In this document: piece after piece, positions 54,329-62,819 of the stretch
Layout of the letters: every line of letters begins with the position of its first letter
Numbering within the stretch: the first letter of the stretch is position 1
Origin: a virus
Taxonomy: Duplodnaviria > Heunggongvirae > Uroviricota > Caudoviricetes
Virus record (IMG/VR): IMGVR_UViG_3300042401_001180
Direction: 5' to 3' (one strand)
Length of the DNA stretch: 64,000 bases
Made by a program: the position numbers and the translations under genes
The notes under the pieces: model-generated
Told to the model about the DNA's origin: nothing
The model's input: only the letters and a program-made list of their open reading frames with translations
Databases searched by the model: none

Positions 54329-54379
54329 GACCCCTCCATTAAAAGTGGAGTGCTCTGAAACCAACTGAGCTACGAAGAC
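54329..54379 (-). pseudogene. tRNA-Lys(TTT) 5' fragment (acceptor, D-arm, anticodon arm, variable loop present; T-arm and 3' acceptor absent)
   Basis: GTCTTCG-TA-GCTC-AGTTGGTTTC-AGAGC-A-CTCCA-CTTTTAA-TGGAG-GGGTC, then no T-arm or CGAAGAC 3' strand within 150 nt downstream. Confidence 0.5.
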
Positions 54380-54384
54380 ATTAG

Positions 54385-54460
54385 TCGGGATACCAGGACT
54401 CAAACCTGGATGATGTCCACTTCCCAAAAGTGGCGACTTAGTCAATTAGTCCACATCCCG
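54385..54460 (-). tRNA. tRNA-Pro(TGG)
   Basis: Acceptor CGGGATG/TATCCCG, D GACT/AGTC, anticodon stem CCACT/AGTGG with loop TTTGGGA. Confidence 0.75.
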
Positions 54461-54471
54461 TTATTTTACAG

Positions 54472-54557
54472 AGGAGAGAGCGGGATTCGAACCCGCGGAA
54501 CCGTGAAGTTCTCCGGTTTTCAAGACCGGTGCAATAAACCAACTCTACCATCTCTCC
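54472..54557 (-). tRNA. tRNA-Ser(TGA)
   Basis: Perfect acceptor GGAGAGA/TCTCTCC, anticodon stem CCGGT/ACCGG with loop CTTGAAA, long variable arm. Confidence 0.75.
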
Positions 54558-54564
54558 TTATTGT

Positions 54565-54634
54565 TTTCCCCCAAGGGTTCGAACCTCGATTCCATGGACC
54601 AAAACCATGTGTCCTGCCGATTAGACGAGGGGAA
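54565..54634 (-). tRNA. tRNA-Gln(TTG)
   Basis: Acceptor TTCCCCT/GGGGGAA, anticodon stem CATGG/CCATG with loop TTTTGGT. Confidence 0.65.
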
Positions 54635-54678
54635 AATTTATGAAGCCAATATGTCAAAGAACTTTTTCTTTTTGTTTG

Positions 54679-54751
54679 AGGTTCCTATCAGGTTCGAACT
54701 GATGACTCCGGGTTACAAAGCCGGGATATTACCAAACTATACTAAAGAACC
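54679..54751 (-). tRNA. tRNA-Thr(TGT)
   Basis: Acceptor GGTTCTT/AGGAACC, anticodon stem CCGGC/CCCGG (one mismatch) with loop TTTGTAA. Confidence 0.6.
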
Positions 54752-54759
54752 AAATTTTT

Positions 54760-54800
54760 GGGTATAAAAAAACCCTAACTGTTTTGAGTTAGGGTCTTAT
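54760..54800 (-). terminator. rho-independent terminator (minus strand)
   Basis: Minus strand GACCCTAACTcaaaacAGTTAGGGTT followed by TTTTTTAT. Confidence 0.6.
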
Positions 54801-55136
54801 ATTTCTTTTATATTTTTAGTTAATCTTTATCAACTCATAAATGAAACTGCCCTAATATGTGACTTAAGCGTACGATACACGTTAAACGACCACTGAATGC
54901 TCGGGTTACAAATGTTCATATGTCTATTAGTTGTTTTCATCTTGTTATAAATATATCGTTGTTTCTAAAAGTTTTAATTCTTGTACAAATTTAGTTGTTT
55001 TTTTCTATTTGACAAGTGTTTTTTAAATAATTTTCTTGTTCTTCATCCAATCTACGTAAAAACACGTAGTAATCTTCTGATTCTATGAACTCGTTGTGTA
55101 TTAATTCTAATATTTCTTCCATTGTTTTTTTGTTAG

Positions 55137-55208
55137 TAGTCCCGCCTGGATTCGAACCAGGAATAGAAGATTAGAAATCTACTGTGATATCCCTTTCACT
55201 ACGGAACC
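55137..55208 (-). tRNA. tRNA-Arg(TCT), second copy
   Basis: Acceptor GGTTCCG/CGGGACT, D GTGA/TCAC, anticodon stem GTAGA/TCTTC (one mismatch) with loop TTTCTAA. Confidence 0.6.
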
Positions 55209-55214
55209 ATATTA

Positions 55215-55400
55215 TTAGATTTTCTTAACCTCGTAAACGTGTCCCGAATCTGAATTGGTTTGGAAAATATCTTTCATATCTTCAGCCTCTTTTTCAGTTT
55301 CAAACTCCCAAACCTCAGTATCACTATTTAAAAGTATCACAGGTACTTTATTACTCATAGGGTTTGAATTCATTTTAACGTGTTTAACTATTACGTACAT
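55215..55400 (-). CDS. hypothetical protein (61 aa)
   Basis: ORF. Confidence 0.4.
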   Translation of the reverse strand: MYVIVKHVKMNSNPMSNKVPVILLNSDTEVWEFETEKEAEDMKDIFQTNSDSGHVYEVKKI

Positions 55401-55481
55401 ATCTTTGTTTTTTTATAAATATAAGAAATAAAAAATCCCCAGTCAATAAAGAAAGGGGGATTAAAATATTCTTTTAAAATT

Positions 55482-56069
55482 TTATAATCCTGTTTTATAT
55501 TTTTCAGTACCTCCACTGTATTTTACCTTAACAGACTTTAAATCACCTTGTTGGTTATATTTAGATACAGTTTTACCTAATTCTGTTTTTTGTACGTTTC
55601 TTCCTACTTTCCCATCAGGGTTTAACAATAAAGATACTCCTTTTTTTGCTTCTTCTTGTGTTGTATAACCTTGACCATTATTTGTTGCGGTAACATAATA
55701 ACGACTTCCTGAATTAAACATCTCTATTTTACCTGAACTTGTATTATGGAATTGTATATAAAATTTACCTGCGGATATTGTGGTGAAACCTTCTCCACAT
55801 GTGGATCCTGTCATTTGAAATACTTGTCCTGTGTATACACTTGTGTTATCTCCAAATGCTTGTGACTTTGATTGTCCGTCCCATCTACATAATGATTTTT
55901 CCAATTTCATTATATAAACATTACCAACACCTTCTAATCTATCTATAAATGGACCTTCAATTTTGGTGTACTGTTCACTAACAACCTTTTTTTTAAACGA
56001 TTCGTGTAGATTAAGTATTCGTTTTTTTTCTTCGTTATCAATTATAAATGTTTTCATATTATCTACCAA
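55482..56069 (-). CDS. hypothetical protein (195 aa)
   Basis: ORF. Confidence 0.5.
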   Translation of the reverse strand: MVDNMKTFIIDNEEKKRILNLHESFKKKVVSEQYTKIEGPFIDRLEGVGNVYIMKLEKSLCRWDGQSKSQAFGDNTSVYTGQVFQMTGSTCGEGFTTISAGKFYIQFHNTSSGKIEMFNSGSRYYVTATNNGQGYTTQEEAKKGVSLLLNPDGKVGRNVQKTELGKTVSKYNQQGDLKSVKVKYSGGTEKYKTGL

Positions 56070-56376
56070 TTACTATTTCATCAAAATTAATGTCGTTTGC
56101 TCCTCTCATCTTACCTTCAACCTCATCATACATATATGATTTAACAACAGATGTTACTGACTGTTCCGCTTGAGCAATTTTGGTTTCCATCCAATCTTCA
56201 AGTTCCTCACCCTCTTCCATCATTTCCCACATTTTATAACATAATGTTGCCATGGTAAAAAGTTGTTGTTTTGCCATATAAGAACCATCATGATCATTTT
56301 CCTTTAGGATTCTAACCATGTTTTCTAATTGTTTTTCTGTTATTATTATTTTTCCCATATTTTTTTTATTTACCAA
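56059..56376 (-). CDS. hypothetical protein (105 aa) with KIIITEKQLENMVRILKE family motif
   Basis: ORF. Confidence 0.45.
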   Translation of the reverse strand: MVNKKNMGKIIITEKQLENMVRILKENDHDGSYMAKQQLFTMATLCYKMWEMMEEGEELEDWMETKIAQAEQSVTSVVKSYMYDEVEGKMRGANDINFDEIVIGR

Positions 56377-56738
56377 GTTCTACATGCCCAATATCTAGGT
56401 TTCCATCTCGGACCCGGATTATCACAATTATGTCTAGCTCTAAAAGATTTTCTTCTTTCAGGATTATTTTTCTTAATTGTCATTCTTTTACCTTTAGCCG
56501 ATTTTCCACCAAAACCAAAGTTTACTTTAACAACCTTTCCTTTGTCGTTTTTAACGTACACCTTGAACTTTTTGATGTCTCCTTGCATTATTTTTCCAAG
56601 ATTCACTTTTCTTCCTTGATACTCAGCTTCATTTAAAAACCGTACCTCTTCAACAGATCCAAATATATCCTCATAGATTAAATAATTTGTAAGGAATTCT
56701 TCTTTTAATACTTTTCTAATAATCGATTCTATAATCAT
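56370..56738 (-). CDS. hypothetical basic protein (start revised to MIIESIIRKVLKEEF)
   Basis: Track ORF trimmed to the Met bearing the family motif. Lys/Arg-rich C-terminus. Confidence 0.45.
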   Translation of the reverse strand: MIIESIIRKVLKEEFLTNYLIYEDIFGSVEEVRFLNEAEYQGRKVNLGKIMQGDIKKFKVYVKNDKGKVVKVNFGFGGKSAKGKRMTIKKNNPERRKSFRARHNCDNPGPRWKPRYWACRTW

Positions 56739-56793
56739 ATTAATAAATATCCTATAAAATAAAAAAGGTGGAAGTAATTCCACCTTATTATTA

Positions 56794-58230
56794 TTATGCC
56801 AATCTTAATTTGTTTCCTGGTTTAATTTCTAAACCATGAGCGTAGTTAAGTTGTTTTAAAATTTCTTGTGTAACTCCTTGGGGTTTAAACTTACTTATTA
56901 TAGTCTGTAAAGTATCTCCTGCCTTTATAGTATAATACATTTTAGTTATTCCCCCAACCACCATCTTTGTAAGTGTTTTATCCGCAGTTGCTAAAAGTTT
57001 TTTTGCAATACTAGCAGTATCAAAATGTGCGTGACCACCTAAAGCCCCCTTGACGTTTTTAACGGTTGGAGCGTTTTGTAAAGCACCCTTTTTAAAATAT
57101 GTTTGGAATCCACTAACAACCTCATCTAAGAACCCTTTTATTTTATTTACAGCTCCTCCGATTGGTTTTAAAAATCTTCCAATTAGTGGAAACTTTGCTG
57201 TTAATGTGGTAAATGCTGTCATAACCCATCCCATAATTTTACCAATACCAGCACCCATTGATTTAATCAATGGGGCAATTTTGTTAAATAACTGTGGCGA
57301 TTTAGAAAGTGCTGGTCCAATTTTAGAACCGGCAGTAACACCTTTTAGAACCCCACCTAATGGTTTTAAAACCGCTGCGGCACCTGTCGCAACTAAAGCA
57401 ATTGCTGAGGTTAATATATTATACCAATTCCAATTACCTTTACCTATACCTTGATATGCGACATCATAAATTAACATAAGTCCGTTTGCTATCCAGTTTG
57501 CAATATTACCAATACCTGTAAGGGCTAAAACAATTTGAATAATGACACCTGCTGTACCATTTAGAAAACTTCTAAACTCCTCAGCCCAATCTTCAAAAGT
57601 CATTTTTTTAATTTTTTCCCAATTTTGATATATTTTATTAGCATCATATGCTACTTTTGCTAACTGAATACCTGGAACAAATTTTGCAAACTCACTATCC
57701 AAAAATTTGGTTACATAAGGAGTAACCGCCTTAACCACCTTTTTTCCAATCTCAACACCTTTTTGTACCCCTGTTTTTAATGTCTGATATCCTTTATTAA
57801 TAGCATTACCAACACTGTCTAAGAAACCTTGTTCATTTAATGAAATGTTAAAATTTCTTGTATTAAGGAATCCACATTCGTAAAGTACGCTACTTTTTAA
57901 AAAATCAAAAAAGTTATATAAAGTTCTAAATGAATGATTGGAACTTTCTAATAACATATTATTTGTAAAATTATTATCAAATTGTTCATGTATAAAATTT
58001 GTTCTTGGGAATATATCTAAAACGTAATTATCCATCATCTCTTCAAGATATTCTTGTCTTTCAGATTCGTTCATTTTTTTCATGTTTCTAATGTGAACAC
58101 CTTTTTGGATATTCAATTCATTAAATAAAGTTCCAAAAACCTTTTTGAAATTTGACATTTCCATTTGTTGTTTTGTTTTTTGAGCAATTAAGTCAACTTG
58201 GTTTTCAGATAGTAAATATATATTTTTCAT
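56794..58230 (-). CDS. LysM-domain protein with Gly/Ala-rich hydrophobic repeats (putative virion-associated or membrane protein)
   Basis: C-terminal LysM (YTIKAGDTLQTIISKF...IKPGNKLRLA). Multiple hydrophobic G/A-rich segments. Start moved to MKNIYLLSENQVDLI because a terminator hairpin covers the first ATG of the track ORF. Confidence 0.55.
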   Translation of the reverse strand: MKNIYLLSENQVDLIAQKTKQQMEMSNFKKVFGTLFNELNIQKGVHIRNMKKMNESERQEYLEEMMDNYVLDIFPRTNFIHEQFDNNFTNNMLLESSNHSFRTLYNFFDFLKSSVLYECGFLNTRNFNISLNEQGFLDSVGNAINKGYQTLKTGVQKGVEIGKKVVKAVTPYVTKFLDSEFAKFVPGIQLAKVAYDANKIYQNWEKIKKMTFEDWAEEFRSFLNGTAGVIIQIVLALTGIGNIANWIANGLMLIYDVAYQGIGKGNWNWYNILTSAIALVATGAAAVLKPLGGVLKGVTAGSKIGPALSKSPQLFNKIAPLIKSMGAGIGKIMGWVMTAFTTLTAKFPLIGRFLKPIGGAVNKIKGFLDEVVSGFQTYFKKGALQNAPTVKNVKGALGGHAHFDTASIAKKLLATADKTLTKMVVGGITKMYYTIKAGDTLQTIISKFKPQGVTQEILKQLNYAHGLEIKPGNKLRLA

Positions 58231-58261
58231 TTTCTTTTTAACTATAAATATCACATAAATA

Positions 58262-58292
58262 AAAAAAGGTGAGATTTCTCTCACCTTTCAGG
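58262..58292 (-). terminator. rho-independent terminator (minus strand)
   Basis: Minus strand GGTGAGAgaaatcTCACC followed by TTTTTTTTATTT. Confidence 0.6.
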
Positions 58293-58351
58293 GTCGAACA
58301 CGGATTGTGTTTCGAACTACCACCACTTTGTTTTAAAGATAAACAAAGAAA

Positions 58352-58618
58352 CTACCCCTCTAACTTGGATTTTGCAACCACTATTTCAGCCATGGACACC
58401 TCCTTCGTTAGACCAATTATCATACATTCTTTTAACATTTCAACCGGTACGTGAATCAAAAAATCTTTCCCATTGAATGTCGATAGGTTTTGGTTTAACT
58501 CAATGGATGAGTGTATCATCTTCAAAAACAATTTGAACTGTACGTCATCCATAAACGTCTCATTCAAAACTTCCCCATACTTTGGGTGTACTATTGTTAC
58601 GTGTTTTAGTGTTGCCAT
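58352..58618 (-). CDS. hypothetical protein (88 aa)
   Basis: ORF. Confidence 0.4.
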   Translation of the reverse strand: MATLKHVTIVHPKYGEVLNETFMDDVQFKLFLKMIHSSIELNQNLSTFNGKDFLIHVPVEMLKECMIIGLTKEVSMAEIVVAKSKLEG

Positions 58619-58658
58619 ATTTTTTATTTATGTAAATGTAATGATTTTTTTTAATCTA

Positions 58659-59069
58659 TCAAATTTCTTTGTACTCAATTTTTGAAATAACCACATTCAT
58701 TTCACGGTTATCAATTCCAAAATATTTTAGTTCTTGTGTTACTGCACCTAAAATACATCTTCTATAGTATCCATTAAATTTTTTAGCATATCTCTTACAG
58801 TAGGAGTTATTTATAAACCAATGATCATTACGCATATCAACAATAACATCAACCTCATAAACATATTGCTCTTGGTTATTGGAGTATCTAGTGCGTCTGT
58901 GTAGATACTTTCTAACTGATTTAATTTTAATAACTGAGTTATTTAGATCACTATCCAAATAATACCCATCATTTTGTGATGGTGTAATTAACATATTTTT
59001 AGTTAGTTTTTTAACCGACTTAATGTGTGTGTCTGATATTACCTTTCCTATTTTGTCTCCGTTTTCCAT
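58659..59069 (-). CDS. hypothetical protein (136 aa)
   Basis: ORF. Confidence 0.45.
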   Translation of the reverse strand: MENGDKIGKVISDTHIKSVKKLTKNMLITPSQNDGYYLDSDLNNSVIKIKSVRKYLHRRTRYSNNQEQYVYEVDVIVDMRNDHWFINNSYCKRYAKKFNGYYRRCILGAVTQELKYFGIDNREMNVVISKIEYKEI

Positions 59070-59105
59070 ACATCAAAGATAGAAAAAAAACTTTAATGCA
59101 CAAAA

Positions 59106-59150
59106 AAAATGGATACAAATATTATCTGTATCCATCAATTTTTTTCCTTA
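59106..59150. terminator. bidirectional rho-independent terminator
   Basis: aaaaaaaaTGGATACAaatattatcTGTATCCAtcaattttttt. Confidence 0.6.
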
Positions 59151-59159
59151 TAAGATTTT

Positions 59160-60150
59160 AAACCTAAAAATAAAAACCTGAGATTACAGTTTTTGTTGAG
59201 AACCTTTCGAGTCATTATTGTTTCTACTCTTATCCACCATCTTTTGAATGGTATTTCTCAGTGACGATTATTTAGGTGAATCACTCCTTGAGGTACTAGT
59301 TACTCTCTCATTACTCAACTCTCTTCGAGACTGCCGTCCCAACTCTTCCTTGCGGGAATAGAGGTTTTTGGTAAGAATATAGGTCAACTTGCGGTCTTCC
59401 TATGCAATGAACAGCTCATTACTATGTAGTCACCTTTCACTATTACCTGACGAACACTTTTGCTTTTTAGTTTTAGTTTTACCTTTTCCATAAAAGTTTT
59501 TGTGTTGTGGATTGATAGAAGTAGTGGTCCGTCACGGGCTTCGTTATCTTTTGAACAACGAAATACTCAACTACTCCTTGAAATGTCCCCATCTCAATAT
59601 TTCAAGACTACTTCGAGATTTAACCTTTGGTAAGGTTCAATCAAGGTTAGTAACAACACCACTTGTACACCAACATACCTTTCGGTTTTAAGTATCCTAT
59701 CATAATGGAACACGCAATAATAAAATCGGATAATCTTATTTTTTGCAATACCCCTACGAGTTATTCCTTTTGGTGTTCCCACCTCAAACTGACAACCCAC
59801 ATTGCCAATTCATCTAACCACTTTCCCTACAGCGTTGCCCTCGGTACTAAAGATTAAACGGTATCCCGCTTGTGTACTCGATCTCGACAAATCCGAAGAC
59901 TCACCAAGACGCAAATCAGTTACACTTCTGACTCACTTTATCCTACTTTCGTAGTTTATTTTAATGGACCATACACGGCCCAATGACTTAATTTAGTTTC
60001 ACACATAAAGAAAGGGAGGTGTTAAGTCTCATCTTTTAATTGTGACGACCGTTTCAGTCGGATTTAGATTTTCAAAGAACGTTTCAGGACTTTTCCTGAT
60101 TTGTTTTACAAATTTAAGTCTTTTTTTTCATTAAGACAAGTGTTTGTGAA
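59160..60150. ncRNA. ~1-kb ORF-free, GC-richer region: candidate large structured RNA / intron-like / origin element (unassigned)
   Basis: The track has only short spurious ORFs here. Composition is clearly less AT-rich than the flanks (e.g. gactgccgtcccaactcttccttgcggg). Bounded by a terminator upstream and a T-rich tract downstream. Confidence 0.3.
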
Positions 60151-60156
60151 CTTTTT

Positions 60157-60306
60157 TTTTTAAACTTTTTCTACGTACACCTCGTGTGTTCCGTATTTAG
60201 TCGCTTGAGCAGATGCAAACTCACTGTTAGGTGTGTAAAACTTCTCCCCTTTTGCTCCGTAGTAGAAAAACATTACGTTCTCCACAACTTCAGTTTCTTC
60301 ACTCAT
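60157..60306 (-). CDS. small hypothetical protein (49 aa), not in ORF track
   Basis: Manual translation MSEETEVVENVMFFYYGAKGEKFYTPNSEFASAQATKYGTHEVYVEKV. Confidence 0.3.
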
Positions 60307-60475
60307 ATTTTAAGAGTTTAAAGGTTAATATTTCAACTTATTATTAGGACGTTTCCCAATTGTTTAACAAATCTAATTATATTAAATTGTTTTGTCAAAT
60401 GTTTAAATGAAAAAAATTGATTTTTTTACGGAAGTAAATATAAATATAACTATGTTTGGTAAAATACAAAAAAAA

Positions 60476-60847
60476 TTAAATAAATTTTAATAATTTTAAA
60501 CCTAAATCTTTGTATTTACCTTTTAATGGTATTTCAAATACCATGTTACCCGGAAATTTGTAATTATTGTTGGGTAACATTAGTTTGGTGTGACCCGTAT
60601 CATCAATACCTATTAATGGGTATGGTACATTCTCCATTGTAATCATATTACTATTAATCATTGTACACTTACCAGGGTGATCCCACTGTCCTCTATTATC
60701 AACAACACATTCAAGTTCATCCATTATGTAATCCCATTCACTTTTAGATAATAAATTATCCTTTTGGATGTGGTTTTTTAACATTAACTGAACATCTTTA
60801 TTTTTTGCTAACTCTTCTTTAAGTACCCTAATAATTAAATCTTTCAT
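60476..60847 (-). CDS. hypothetical protein (123 aa) with MKDLIIRVLKEE family motif
   Basis: ORF. Confidence 0.5.
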   Translation of the reverse strand: MKDLIIRVLKEELAKNKDVQLMLKNHIQKDNLLSKSEWDYIMDELECVVDNRGQWDHPGKCTMINSNMITMENVPYPLIGIDDTGHTKLMLPNNNYKFPGNMVFEIPLKGKYKDLGLKLLKFI

Positions 60848-60861
60848 ATTTTATAAATACT

Positions 60862-61020
60862 TCATTTTTAAATTGTAGACCTCATCCAACGTTATAAAGT
60901 TTTAATTGTGTAATATTCCAGGTGTGACTCCCCTTAAATTATATACCTCATCCAACGTGAAGTAAACGGTGCATTAAAAGTTTGGGTGTTGTGATTCCCC
61001 TTAAATTATATACCTCATCC
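60862..61020 (-). repeat. three direct repeats of ~24 nt (minus-strand GTTGGATGAGGT(A/C)TA(T/C)AATTTAA) at ~64-nt spacing
   Basis: Copies at 60862-60885, 60928-60957 and 60992-61020. Copy 1 overlaps the stop codon of the upstream gene. Copy 3 lies ~35 nt upstream of the next start. Confidence 0.55.
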
Positions 61021-61382
61021 AACCACGTCTCTGTAAGTGACTGAATTTCATCATAGTTAAGTCCAAAACCGTGATGCAAAACTGACCATATCCCATAGTA
61101 ATTAATATAAACATCATCATTTTTTCTATCGTAAATCATCAGATTTTCGTGTTTTTTATATCGGAATAATGTCCAATATTGTTGTTTTTCACTCTGAACA
61201 ACGTCTAAATCATTATACGTATTTAAAAACTCCCTTGGATCGTTGTTAAACCCTAATTTTACTAAGTTTTCTGCACCACCAACAAGTTCTGCAGTATCTT
61301 TAAAACCAAATTCTTTAACTTGTTGTTTTAAAGTTTGTTTAAGATTTTCTTCTTTTAGAATTTTTTTGATTATATGTTTCAT
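60948..61382 (-). CDS. hypothetical protein (144 aa) with MKHIIKKILKEE family motif
   Basis: ORF. Confidence 0.5.
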   Translation of the reverse strand: MKHIIKKILKEENLKQTLKQQVKEFGFKDTAELVGGAENLVKLGFNNDPREFLNTYNDLDVVQSEKQQYWTLFRYKKHENLMIYDRKNDDVYINYYGIWSVLHHGFGLNYDEIQSLTETWLDEVYNLRGITTPKLLMHRLLHVG

Positions 61383-62782
61383 TGGTTAATTTTTGTTTTT
61401 AAAACTCTAACAAATTCATTTTGAATCATTTTAGTAAACTTCACGTATGCAGACTCTTCTTTACCATCATTGTAATTATATTTACCTTTTGGTGGTCGAT
61501 TTGATCTTCCAATGTAACTTAATCCCGAAATGTTAGTAATACATTTGTGTCCGCCACTATTTGCCTGAATCAAATCCCACACATTAACTTTAACATCATC
61601 CATCAATCTCATTTCTGTTTCCGTTAAACTTGTAAATGGTTTTGACATTGCGGTTTCAATCATATCTAAAAGGTCTTCACCTCTTTCAACACCTCTATAC
61701 GCATTACCATACAAGGCATTAAAATCTTTAAATGTAAAACCAACAGATTCAGAACCAAAATCTTTACCAGATTCAGATACCCATTTTAATGTGGATAATG
61801 TTACAAACTTTTGTTTTAATTGTGGTTCCCATTTTGATAATACTTCTTGAGCAATTTCACCCAAATTCACACCTTTAAGTGAACGTTCTTTTTTAAATGG
61901 ATTACAAGATGCCTGTACCAAACCTAAGGGCCAAGCAATAACAATAAAGTCAGCTTCAGGGTTATTTCTAAATGGTGTATATCTATCATATGATCCAGGT
62001 TTCATCATATTACCACCACCATATTGAACAATTATATTATCCTCAACTTTAACATTTGGATGTGATTTCATGGTTTCAACGTAAGATACTTGATTTTTTG
62101 TTAAAGCTTCAGGTTTTGCATAACCTTTTTCTTCTATTATACGTTTAATTGTAAGTAATATATTCAATAAAGAAGGTTTACACTCCATTACAAGTGTTTC
62201 CAAAAATTTTGGTTTGTTTTTAAATGCCAATAACAATTTATTGGTTACCAATCCCATTAAAATTTTATTTTGTTTTAATGAAGAATCTTTATCAAATTTA
62301 AAAAGATAATTCATAACCATTTCTGGTGTAATGTCGTTTACTGCAAAATTTGCCGAATCCACCGTTGAGATTAACATTATGTCTTCAGATGGGAAAATTT
62401 CTTTTGGTGATACTATTTGAGATATAGTTTCAACGTTTGATCTTGAGGATTTGAAATTTGTTGAGGTTCCTTGTTCTACCCCTGCTTGACTGTCGTGGTG
62501 ATCTGTGTGGATAGTAAACATGGGTTTTCCATGTGCGAAATCAACTAAAACCGGCATTATATCTCCACCACCTTCGGGTTTTTTAATTGCAAATTCTTTA
62601 TCCCCATACTGGATAACCTCACAATCAACAACCTGTATTCCGTGTTGTTCTAAATAGTTTTTCATCGCTAACGCCGTAGTCACACCATCCAAATCTTGAT
62701 GAAAATAAATTTTAGCTTTTTTGTATCTTTTAGCAATATTATTTATATCCCGTATTCCTGATTCTTTTAATAGTTTTCTCAT
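61379..62782 (-). CDS. DHH/DHHA1-family phosphoesterase (RecJ/NrnA-like)
   Basis: HQDLDGVTTA (motif I DxD), HTDHHD (DHH motif), C-terminal YGGGNMMKPG (DHHA1 GGGH-like). Start set at the internal Met MRKLLKESG to avoid a 90-nt overlap with the methyltransferase gene. Confidence 0.55.
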   Translation of the reverse strand: MRKLLKESGIRDINNIAKRYKKAKIYFHQDLDGVTTALAMKNYLEQHGIQVVDCEVIQYGDKEFAIKKPEGGGDIMPVLVDFAHGKPMFTIHTDHHDSQAGVEQGTSTNFKSSRSNVETISQIVSPKEIFPSEDIMLISTVDSANFAVNDITPEMVMNYLFKFDKDSSLKQNKILMGLVTNKLLLAFKNKPKFLETLVMECKPSLLNILLTIKRIIEEKGYAKPEALTKNQVSYVETMKSHPNVKVEDNIIVQYGGGNMMKPGSYDRYTPFRNNPEADFIVIAWPLGLVQASCNPFKKERSLKGVNLGEIAQEVLSKWEPQLKQKFVTLSTLKWVSESGKDFGSESVGFTFKDFNALYGNAYRGVERGEDLLDMIETAMSKPFTSLTETEMRLMDDVKVNVWDLIQANSGGHKCITNISGLSYIGRSNRPPKGKYNYNDGKEESAYVKFTKMIQNEFVRVLKTKINQ

Positions 62783-62819
62783 ACAAATAAATACCCCTAT
62801 TAAATAAAAAAATCCAAGA

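Noticed and set aside
59500-59857. Three overlapping 60-68-aa ORFs in the 59-60 kb block as possible small protein genes.
   Set aside because: They overlap one another on opposite strands inside a region whose composition and hairpin content fit noncoding RNA better. None has a -7 box plus ATG arrangement like genuine genes here.
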